64,000 nt of DNA. Source: Iphione sp. A-MEVVRFRX5. Taxonomy: Eukaryota. A program made the translations under genes and the position numbers. The notes under the pieces were generated by a model that was given only the letters and a program-made list of their open reading frames with translations, was not told the DNA's origin and did not search any database. How positions within the stretch are numbered: the stretch's first letter is position 1; each line of letters opens with the position of its first letter. Shown here in pieces: positions 27,501-39,500 of the stretch. The stretch spans positions 50,592,001-50,656,000 of the forward strand of contig OZ320316.1 in assembly GCA_976226885.1 (NCBI GenBank), in the 5' to 3' direction.

Positions 27501-30500
27501 TCCCGTCTTCAAATCCAGCTGTCCGCCCTCCACCACTGGCCCTCGATAAATAAGTAGGATCTTTGAAAGGTCAAAGGTTTTTGTCAAAAGTAACACAGAG
27601 ATATATGGTAAAAGTATATTTCAGCACCAGTGTGAACTTGTTGCGGATGTGGTAGCACACATTTTATTTGTAATAATAGAAATAGACATCCCAGACAAGG
27701 AATACTTGGAAACTCTATATGGAGCAGTGCCAAATGATCTTGATCTCTGACTTTCCTTTTGGCAGGAGGTGTGACGCATCTCCAAGAGTCCTGACCAGGC
27801 TAATCTTACTCTTTATTTCGTTCTATCTATTAGAGAAAGAAGAGTTCGAAACAATGACTCGACGGAAGTGTGATACAATTGGTAGCCAGCAGTTTAGTTT
27901 TAGCGTATTGAAGCCATCCATCAAGAGGCTTCTTTGAAAAAAATAGGGACCCAACCTTGTTACACATATTGTTCCTATTTGGCGTAGTATGTCATCAATC
28001 GTTGTATCACATCCTATTGCGTCTCACAAATGTTGCTGCTTTAGCAGGGTTCAGAAAGGCTTGGAGAAAGAAATTCTCCACGGCAAGCGTTTTTTCCTTC
28101 AACTGAGGGCTTCTGCGTCTGATTCTACGCCCACTAAAACTACGTTTAGTGTTGCTAAAACACTAAGTCTTGTACGTGGATAAAGTCCCAGCTCCGAGAT
28201 AACATTCTGGAGATACACTCCTTCAGCCAAAGCCTGCCATGTTGTCCGACCATGGTGGGAGGCGCACGCTCCCAGCTCTTCATTAGACTGGGCTAAGTTC
28301 TGTTAGTACATTGTATACAGTCTGAGGCGACAAAAAGACCATATCACTCGGCCGCTGACTTGACCTCGTAAGGACCATCCCCAGTGGCTCTTACTTCCTC
28401 CCTTCTATATCCATCCCCTCCGGAATCTCAGTAAACTACAGCACGTCCAGTCTGACAATGCTCATCGTTCCGTTGTCATTTATGCTTGCAGGATTTGATT
28501 TTATTAGCAAGTATGGGTTAGATACAGAAACGCAACCTGGTGTGAGAAGGGTCCAAGGATCGAACGAGCTGCAGACGGCTTACAAGATTACGAAGAAGGC
28601 GGAGTTCAGGATACCAACAAGGTGAGCTGTATCAGTGCCAGTAACCACCTTAGTAGTCCTACAAAATAAAAACTAATATCATCCTCTAGGTTCGTTTTAT
28701 TCAAGTCTGACATAATGAGACCACTTCAGACACTTAATGAGACCACTTCAGACACCAGTGGCCTCTCTATTGTATATTTCCATATCACTGTCGATGATAA
28801 ACCGTTTTCCTTTGATTGCTGCTCTTGACAGCCACTTGTCTACGAAATCGCCCTGAGATTAAAAAGATACTATTCTTCGCCTAGTGGAGATTTACCAAGG
28901 AGATTATTTTAAGAAGAACGATTGCTGATTCGTAGATTTCTATACTCCATACACATCTTCTGGATTGTGTAAAGAGAAGGAGAGATGCTAGTAATAAGGC
29001 ATGTGCCTAACTGGCTTTCCTCTGTTATAGTTTTTGTGTTGTGATATTGCTTTACGTTGACCCAGCAAGGCTTACAGTTCATGCTGAGGGCCTGAAATAT
29101 AAAGACAAACTGTTTTGTTTCTGTGGCACTCGGTTTGGCTCATGCTCTGCAATGCCGTGTGGTGTTCTCCAAAGTATTTTTTGCAGAGAGCCCAACTTGT
29201 TTCATATGAAAACGGGCTGGTCTGCTATATGTGTTGTCCGTATTGCAACTACTTATGTTTCCTAGCTTTTATTAAGCAAACTAGAGTCATTTCCGTAGCA
29301 TATCAATCCATGTTTATTTTGGCAAATTGCACATTTTCACGAAGATCTAATCAAACAATGTGAAGATTGCGTAACTTAAGACAGTAACAAAAAGTTCGCT
29401 GTGTAGCTTGTCGCCGCTCTGCTGTCTGTCTTTATGCAGAGTTCGGGAAAAAACAACACTTTTCGTCGTGATTCAATCATGGATTAGACTGAGCAGTTTC
29501 ACACATCTCCTGCAGTGTCTTCTCCGCGTCCTTCTATGTGCATATCTCCATCAGCTCAAGGGGTTGTCCTTTGAGCCTTTTTTCACGGGCGAACCCCGCT
29601 TTCTCCACCTGACTACTATTCACCGAAGTGAACTGTTCTTCCTTTTGCTGTCATTATTAGGTTCACCTTTTGTTTCCTAATGAAGTTTGTCATATATTCA
29701 TTCTATCCTCCCTTCGATAGAAATGTAACGCACTGAACATAAGAATAAACTAATTAGAAAAGGGAACATGACGTAAACCTGTAAGCTCAATTAAGCAATT
29801 CAAATATTTTAAAAATAAATATTTAACTACATGTATTGATACAATGTTTTAACTGCATGTATCACGTTAATTGGTCTCAGTGCAATCATTTCCATGGATG
29901 TGTCACAAACTTCATTAAAAACATCACAAGGCCGCATCGCATGCTTTGACCATTCAATCCACACTCACATAATCATATCACTACTGGATGATTGGTGTCA
30001 GTCGTGATATGCATGGTGTGTGTTTTCACGTGCGATAGGTTCTATATACCTCACCTGCTTACAACCAAACCTACAACAGAACAGCTTTAGATTAATGCCA
30101 ACCACAGCAACGAGACTATACTCTCATCTGGCACAAACTTACTGTCACATGCCAACGTAAACATCAGACAGAATATAAAATACTTTTCCTGTGATGTCGT
30201 CCGTTCGGCTTTCGTTTTATACATCGTTAATTTTCGAACACATACATTCGCATTATCTCTCTTTGTGTCATCACCCTTTTCTATATACATGCATCTATAA
30301 AGTGAAAGTATACGTGTGGGCTCAAGTCACTCTTGATATGGTCTCTCTATCTTTTCATTCTATATCATCCTGCCAGCAACGTCTGGAAAGAAAAGAAAAA
30401 GATCATTTACCGAACTCTTTGTGCACCTAATCTCGGTTGCTTCGCCTCTGTGTAACTGCTACTAGACGCCATGTGATAACTTGTGCTTCGTTTGAAATCA

Positions 30501-33500
30501 AACATAAACGCATAAACATAAGAGCTCACTGGACACCTGCAAAAAGAATTCAAAGGAAACGGTATCTATGTATATGAAGTGTTTTCGCTACCATGTTTCA
30601 TTTTTTCAGTAATGTACATAGAACCCCCTGTAAATATGTATCAATGCCATGTCAATTTTAAACTCTGCATGTTTTAGTGTATGTCAAACACTACATTGGT
30701 CGATTGCATGTTCCGTTTACTTCTGGAAAAAGGAATTCTTGAGTATGATATTAAGCAGATATTCATCCTGGAATAATTGTTAGGCCTTTATTCAGCACGA
30801 TAATCCGATCTTATATTTTGGAAAACTGTGCCAACGTCAGCTCATGTTTTCGATTGGAATGTCCCATCCATGTCTCATTACATGCAGGGGCGACAGGGGG
30901 ACGGCCTAAGAGTTTCTCATGCAGATGAATCTCTGTGCGTCCTTATATCATGAAGACTATTTTGGGGTTCTATGATGATTGTATAGTTTTATAAATATTC
31001 CATCTGAACTAGGACTTCACACTCTCGGCTCTGATACCACACCTCGTAAAGTATAGCATTTCTTTCTGATCCCATCTACAGCTACACATAAGAATAACTG
31101 CTCCTTTGAATACATTGTTCACGCAATTGTCCAGTATGTAGGGGTACTCGCACTTTGATCCCTATTTATTGAGAAGAAAAGAAACATAAGTAAATTCAAT
31201 GGTAAATGCAGCCATTACTTTCAAAGGCAGGTTCCACGTCCTACTTAGCAGATGCGTTTGCTTTGAACTGGCTGTAGGTTTGAAAAACCTAGTAAAAAAA
31301 GAAAAAACACCAACAAAATGAGATTTACAGAACCAGCCTGGTAATATTAGCGAGACAGCTTGACAGGCAGACGTACAGGCAAGAGCGTTAGAGAGTAAGT
31401 AACAGAGAATGACACGCATTTGAGGAAGATAAAATGTGAAGTCTTTTGAAGAGAAAAGAACTTTGCAAAAAATAAAGGGGCAATACGCGGGTGTTTGAGC
31501 ATGTTTCCCCTTGCAGGACTGCTTATGCTTATAAGGTTACAATGTAGACCCGTAAGCTTTGAAAGCATTCGAGCATTTTAACTTGTTGTGTGGGCATCTT
31601 AATAAGCCTTTCTCCGTTGCTTCCTTAATGACAATTTGATGCCCATGCATAGAACTACCTACAGTGGCATTCACAATATAACCTTTAGGGTGTTTTTGGC
31701 ACGCCAACCATACACAGTCTGGAATGCAATTCACAGACGGTTGTTATTCGGTTAAGCAGGGATACTTTCAGCAATATTAGACAGTGAATGGTTGGCTTGC
31801 CACATCCTTTTGCTAAATGCTTGGCATGAACGTATGGCTAACCATGTCATATTTCTTGTAGGACTATGTTTCCTTATGGCCTCCCAAGTCAGTTTTCCTT
31901 TGTAAGCACATTTCGGATGAGTAGTAGATCAAGGAGAGAAACCTGGGATTTGCTTAGAATAGAGGATTCCTTTGGAACGCCCCAGTTTGGAATAAGACTG
32001 GTTGGCAAAGGAAAACAGGTTCAGCTGTATATGCCGGATTACCAAAATCAGATTCAGACAGTGACATTCAAAAAGGATACAGCCATCAGGAAGGTAAGAA
32101 ACTATTAATTCATCGGGTATATCTTAGTGTCTGAGATGTTTTCACAAATTCCTGGGAGGTCTTTATAATAAGTTCGGTTACACTACTTTCGCTACAGCTA
32201 GAGGATTCTTACAATAAGCCTTACATGTATCTTTATATCCCTCGCTAAAAAGAAAGCTCTTCGGCAAAAGACAAAAAGGGGCCGGTTCTTCAACATCTCT
32301 AGGAGGTATTATTCACTCCTATCCCTAAATCAACTGTGCTCTCCTTGTTCGGTGAATTTCAATTTGGGCCGCTAATCCATTGCTATGTTATTACATCCCA
32401 TGGTTGCAGAAGTGATTACTTTATTTTTTTTCCATATATGAACAGGACAACCATCTTTCTTCGAATGAATCGGGCAATCCTTGAGCAATCCGCTTTCATG
32501 CCCAGCTCCTTGGAGAACAGCAAGACATACTAGATTTATTGACGAGCAAAGATATATTAATATTCCTGAAGTAGAGTAAAGGAAGACACAGACAGTGCAG
32601 AACCACAAAGGATGCTTTTATTAAGAATTATCACAACTTTAGTACATTTGTGCACATGGTGGACAAAGTTTTACAAAATTGGCACAAAGCATATTTGCGA
32701 TCAGATCAGAGTAGACTTACAATCCTGCTCAGTGACGATACCAGTAGACCTTAACATTTCGAAGATTAACCTGAAGACCGGTAATATCGAATAGTTCATT
32801 TTCTGTTATACGTAAAGTTTTAAAGTACCACGTATGATCTGTTAATAATAATTTGGGCGACTACAATATACATAAAAACATCGACTGACGCAGCTTTCGT
32901 ATCTCTGTTTCATCATTAAAAGGTCCATTTTATTGGATGATAATGATATACTGACAGTAATAATACAGGGTGAAAAGACCGGAAGTTTGGAATGGGGTGA
33001 ACCACAGAAATCATGTGCAGGAATGAGGACAGCCTTGCTTTGCGTTAATAACTGTGGCAGCAACAGTTTTTGCTCTAAAAATGGATCATAAAATAATGGT
33101 TGCCATAGCGATAGATGCTGTTACAACCCCTCGAGCTGAGCTGCGGCATAAAAGAAAGAAGAAATCGACACTTAGTAAACAGAAGTTGCTTCAAACGGTT
33201 CACAATTCTGTTTAAGACTGTGTATACCCTTTAAGCCCTACTGGACTGATCCTTCTTATTTAACCTAGTGATCCAATGAAGAACCGGCCTCTGACTTAGT
33301 ATTAAAATATAATATACAGTGTATAAGTTTTACAGTATGGTTAGAACCTAAAATTATTAGGCACTTTCTGGTATTGAAGTAAATCCAAGCTAGAAAGTCA
33401 TATTCATATATGCATTAACAGCTTGGTAATGCTTATATATGAAGAAAACATACACTTATATTTGAAGATTATGACCTGCTGGCGGATATATGTTGTAGCT

Positions 33501-36500
33501 GTTCGACAGGAACTGGCACAAGCTGCAATTCAGTGTCAAGTACGATGAAGTTGAGATCTTCGTGGACTGCGAGTCCGTGATGACCCTTGACCTCCAACCG
33601 CGGGGAACCCTGGATGTTAACGGCGACATCGTGCTGGGCAAGAAGGAGGATGGAACTACCGTACCGGTAGGTTAAGCCATCTGCATAACCCATCTCAACA
33701 ATATGCCACACTCCCTTCACCTAGAAATAGGCCTAACTGTTGACAGTCTCTTTAGATATAGTTATATTCACTATGATGATGGTGTTTGCCTTGAGTATTA
33801 CATCGAAACGTTGATTTTTTTTAACAGTTCGATCTTCAATGGTTGATGATCCACTGCAATCCAGACAAGCCGAAGAGGGAGGGTTGTAATGAAATTCCGG
33901 TGAGTGAAAGCTTTACATAGTGTGTCGACTTTCAAGAGCTGCGGGTCTTCTACGCGCACACAAATCATACAACAGGATGTTTCCACGAACTTTGAAGCGT
34001 TTAGCTGGCCCCCACAGCTGCATTTTAGTTCCCCGAAATATTGTCTATAGAAATGGCACCATGGAGTACCGATATACTATCAATCTAGTCTGGGAAGAAT
34101 TATCTTTCACTTTTTTATAGGTGAAATACTCAGTAGAAATATCAGACTTCGGTGACTAAAGTCTTTAGGATTTTAGCTCAATTCAACAGTCACACTGCTC
34201 TATCTTAACATGTTTTGCCCTTTTGGACTTTGTTTTCAGCACACATTGACAACAGCAGCCCCTAAAACAAATCCTCCACCCACTCCACCTCCGAGGGTAA
34301 GACAAACTAGCATGCCCTTAACCTTTGGCCAATCAATTTCAGCCGAAATATTCCTATACATTGATGGTAGGGAAATCATTCTATAAATATTTGTACTAAA
34401 GAAAGTGGACATTGCCTGTTCTTCCAGGAAATCTCCACTGTAGACATAAAATCACCACCTACTCCAATAGCGACTATTCCTCCCCCAATTATTACTGAGC
34501 AGCCTGACACTCCACCTACGCCCGTCCGGGTAAGATAGACTGATCCAACGTCATCAATGACGTCACTGTTACTGTGACATCATCTGTATATGAAGGATGC
34601 ATGGAAGGCACAATTGCACATCTACATATCACACATGATGATATGAGGGCTTCGTGCTTTAAACGAAAATATGTATATAATAATCAGTTTTTTTAAAATT
34701 CTGATTCCACGCCAATTCCAAATTCTCACTGTTTCTGGCTTAATGCAATTGCTTCTCGTAATCATCGGCACATGACTTGGCCTACAGATCATGCGTCAAA
34801 CAATCAGTCATATTGTAGACGAAACCTGTCTTCGATAATGACGTGAGAAGTGTTTGTCTCCACAAAGCATGATATGATCGAAATGTTGTTCTAATTCTAA
34901 ACAACACAGTCGGTGTAGCTTACAGCTTTAACATACATGTCGCTGCGTGTTTTCTGTGTGGTATCTCTCCAAATGATGTGTAACCTATGTTCTATGCAAC
35001 GTACTTGTGTCATTGTTATCCAGACGCGCCTCTCTAGCTGTCTGTCATTTGTCAGTCCTCACTGTATTGTTGGTACGAGTGTCCCTGTTAATGTGCCGCG
35101 GGCCTTAGCACACGTCGGATCCATTCGAAAACTATTACAGTACAAAGAATCCCTTTCAACACAAGACATTCATTCAAGGCCATTGTATCCTAGTTTGACC
35201 ATGGGTCCCTTGTGAGGCTATCCCTACCTAGGTATCAGAGGAGAAATCATTCTATGAACATTCCACAGATGTCAGCTTGGTGGGCATTGTTAAACCGATT
35301 TCATACTTTACGCCCCCCCCCGCTCCAAATGCATTTTCTTTATATACACTGTTTATACCTTGTTTACATCACCTTGTTTATGCATTTTAATAGATTGACT
35401 TAGATGACTGCCGCATAACGGTAGACATTTTCAAGTACTTTTACTATGTATAGACTATAACTATTATGTAAAACTATTCCTCTAAAAATCACAAACTTCT
35501 ATAAGTGTAAAGAAGAAATATCTCAGAAGATAAACACTAGATCTTTTGCATACAAATATATATGTCCTGAAGTAATGTACACCAAATGCTGAACCCTAGA
35601 CATCCTACCACATTGCTTTAGTGTCAGATTCTGTACCCTTTTGGCAGCAAAGAACCTGAACTGTCCCAAAGAACCTATGGACTGTCCCAGAAAGTCTTTT
35701 GTTGCGATATGAAAGATCGCCATACCCAAAGCCTGGGGATGTTTCGTTCATGAATACCAGAAAGCTCCCACTGCTCGGTCCCTTTACAACTTGACATATG
35801 TGCTACGATATACAGCTTGACAATATCACATTCTGATAGAACGAGACGTGCCGTATAGATCGCATTTTTGCAGCCTTACTATTCGCGCGCCTGCGACATA
35901 GTGTCTCCCAAATCCCTCACAATAATGACAAACCATCACCTAAAGGCAATGATGACTTTATTATAGCTCAACCTGTTACCATCTTGTATTACCCTGTTGT
36001 ATTACAAGAATTGCTTTCTTTCCTTACGTTCCGCCCTGTGAAGATAATTTGAGTCATCTTTACAGCAAGGTGGGAGAGCCGGAGATCCATCTCTCCATTT
36101 CCTGCTTCATTTATGCTCATCACATATCCCCGTGCTCTATTATTCAGAGCACAAAAAGGCTTTCCTTTCTTCCCGTACTGACATGTATACTCGCAGGTGA
36201 AGTCGGTGTGTGCCTCCATAGTCTAAGCTATGTGACGGCGCAGCTGTCCTACTGTCTTGTCACGCTGAGAGATGCCCTCTTCTTTTACGTTCAACACGCC
36301 ATTGTGTCCTTATTAGGACATTGATGGTTCCTCCTGCTGCGCTGCCAGCCACATAAATGCTGTAGGACTTGCTTGTAAGCGCTTCGTCAGCATGTTTGCA
36401 TATCTAGCCCAGTAGCAACGCCTTACCATGTCTCTTATTCGTTGCAGACTCCAGCGCCCCCTACTCTCCCACCGTTTGTTACAACCAGGGTACGTTTACC

Positions 36501-39500
36501 TTTGCAAAACGCCATATAATAATGTACATATTAGAATGAAAGGGTGAGAGATTTGTGTTTCAGGTTTGCTGATCAGGGGACAGAAGAAGTAGATATACGT
36601 TTACATATACAATTACTATCATGATGTCGTCCAGCGCGCGGTAGCCTGTCGATATTAATATACAGGGTTTCAAGACGACCGATTCTAGAACGTAATGAAA
36701 TTGTAAACTCCCCTTGCCAGTTTTTCATTATATTTTGTTCATCAGCAAATAATACGTGTATTGAAGTGGATAATATGTAGCACTGATTACTGTTCCTTGT
36801 GTTTAAGTGTTTTATTACAAGAGCTCGGCGTAACAGATGCCTGGGTTATAAATGATTAATGTAAACAATTTCTTAATGCTATATTAAAATGTTCCACTGT
36901 CTTTCAAACAGGAGCCCACTGAAGTCTGTGAGATCACCTGCCCACAGGGCCCACCAGGAGCAACGGGTGCAACGGTTAGTTCAATGCTTTATCACTTCTT
37001 TAAAGTAACACTGTCATTCTCTTTAGCATGACATATTACACACGTACCGAAGACTATTTTAGGATCTTATAATGTTGTCATAATAACTGAAACTGGTCCT
37101 GTCTATTTGTTTCTGACATCGTAAAATCGTCTATGTGTGGGCTATCTTCTATCTCCAGTATTTCAGCAAGAACTCAAAACGGCTAACAACAGTTTGATGA
37201 GTATCTCGCAAAAACGGACCCCTTCTGGTCAAATAAAGTAACGTATTCCATCGGCAAATGAAGAAACTAACATAAGTAACTGCTAATTCAGGAGGAGCAG
37301 GCTTGTGAAGTTATAGGCTTGCATATATTAGACCATAAGACTCGTCGATTGTTCCATCTGCAGAAGAGTATTCGGTACATCCGGTAAGAAAGGACAACTA
37401 ACAACACAAGGTGGTCAAAAAGACATGGCTGGGTATAAGGATAGGAATTTACTTGGATCATTTACATATACATGTAGACAGTACTTGACAATAATGCTCA
37501 TTTTCAAATACGTACCTATAGGTGTTTTTATAGAAATGCCATGAATATTACAAGAGAATTTGGAAGAAATTATTCCCTACCACAGTACAGTAACTCCTCG
37601 CAATCACAACAGATAATGCCTGCAGTGGGTGTTAAAATACTGACGGGATCTTTAATAAAATGCTCTCATTCTGCATCTACCAGATTTGCTTGGAATAGTG
37701 AGGGTACTGGAATAGTGAGGTGTTCGTATAGCGAGGGGATTACTTTATTTCTATACTTCATGGCCCCAGAAATACAGTAGTCAGTTCGTAAATTATATGC
37801 ACCAACTGCAGTCATCTGGTCTCATAATTTGGCATATGTACACCACTAGAGGTGTTATGGCTTCAGGAATGTGGTCAGGCATAGCCTCAGATTTCAGATT
37901 TCAGATTTCAGATCTTTTATTCACGTCTGGAAATAACATCTCCAGGTCTCCCAGTAAACAGAATACATGTGCAAAATAGAGAAGTACAGCATTTACATGA
38001 GAGCAAAGCTATCAATTTCAGTTTCGTTTCAACATCTTTCTCAGCAGATTTGGAGATGACAAATTCTTCGTGATTACCGGCAGACTATTCCACAGTGTTA
38101 GTCCCCTGTAATGGAATGATATTCACATTATCTGTGACCTATGTTTCACGACTTCAACTACCAGTGAGCTCCTTGTGTTTCTTGTCAGTTTAACATGAGT
38201 TAAAGACATGTTAGTTGAAGGGTTCCTATCTCAGTCAGTTCTGAGATACCGGCTACCCTCTTTAGACAGCTTGACAACATCCTGCCATTTACCATGTGCT
38301 TTACACATGAGTTTAGTTCTCTCTGAAGAGCCAACATCGCAGTCTTCGAGGCTGATTGCAGAATTGCAAGACCATAGGTAAAGATAGGCATAATGAAAGA
38401 TTTAAGGAGCATTATGTGATTGCTGAATGGCAGGATTCACACCACTTTAGATAGAAAGTAGGTCCTCAATCTTGCCTGTTTCTCATTGTCTGGACCATAG
38501 AGTTCCATGATAGACAGTCGTCAATGGTATACCTGAGAATCTTACACTGAGGCACCTTTTCCAGTGCCTGGCTGTCCATTTCTAGGTCCAGGTCAAATTC
38601 TCTGCTGGGGCCGAAAGTGATGTACACCGTTTTACTCCTATTTATCTTGAGGGCGTTTGCCTCAGCCAATTTTGCTACGTCCCTGATGCCTCTTTGCATC
38701 TTGAGACGTAAGGCCATTACATTACAGGCTGTTGTTACCAATGGCACATCGCTTGCGTATATTACAGCATTATTGGCAATAAGACTTTTTAATAAATCAT
38801 TGACCAGAATATCAAACAACATCGGCCCCAGCAGACTTCCTTGGGGCACACCACAGGCACCGTGGTAGACATATGTAGGCTATCTATGTAGGGTTTCAAA
38901 AGCTGGCGTTAAACCTTCCATGGTGGTTGTTTGAACGAAAGCCACGCAACCTACCGAGAAAAGATGTCATGAGGTGTCCCTCACGTTCCATGGGCTTGTG
39001 AATTTTGGGGCGTATAGTTAAGGTGGGAGGTAAAGACAAAGATAGGAATGATTAATTTCGAGGAGTTGATAGGGTGGCGCCCATTATATTGCTGCCAGGA
39101 AAAATCTCAGGTAAGAGGGCTTCTGTCATCCAAGAAACGATATTTTCCGTGCACATAAGTAAAAGTGAGGGAGTATATGAGCAGGAAGCATAATTAATAT
39201 GGATGCGAAAGGTCCTTATAACCTCTCATATGAAAGGTGAAAGTAAGATATTGAATGTGATATTTCTGGTTGGAACATCTCTATAAAATGAGGATGGAAG
39301 TATTTAGGTTGAATGAATGGTAAATATCACAAACCAGCGTGATATCGAATAACATGCATTCCAGGTTTTTCGGAAAGAACGTTTTTAACGGGATTGAAAA
39401 AATTCAGCAAGTAACATCAAGGCCTAGATAAGCACTAGATTGAAAAGGGAATTTAGACCTTCATCAAAAAATGAAAGCCCAATGAAGTTAGGTAATGTTG

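Noticed and set aside
28000-28300. - strand stretch [17 protein letters not shown], loosely like copia RNase H
   Set aside because: Spacing and catalytic context do not match, and there are no neighbouring RT or integrase remnants.
29564-29584. Hairpin followed by a T run, resembling a bacterial intrinsic terminator
   Set aside because: The context is a eukaryotic intron, and short hairpins plus T runs are common by chance.
31028-31040. TGGTATCAGAGCC on the - strand, identical to a plant tRNA-iMet primer-binding site of LTR elements
   Set aside because: No adjacent LTR ending in CA and no gag/pol. The animal iMet primer-binding site differs, so this is treated as chance.
32280-33290. 13-bp perfect inverted repeat GGCCGGTTCTTCA about 1 kb apart
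   Set aside because: No target-site duplication. A few such matches are expected by chance in 64 kb.
33469-33720. Protein-looking - strand ORF ([18 protein letters not shown]...)
   Set aside because: It is the antisense shadow of TSPN exon 33499-33666, whose + strand frame has clear homology and splice sites.
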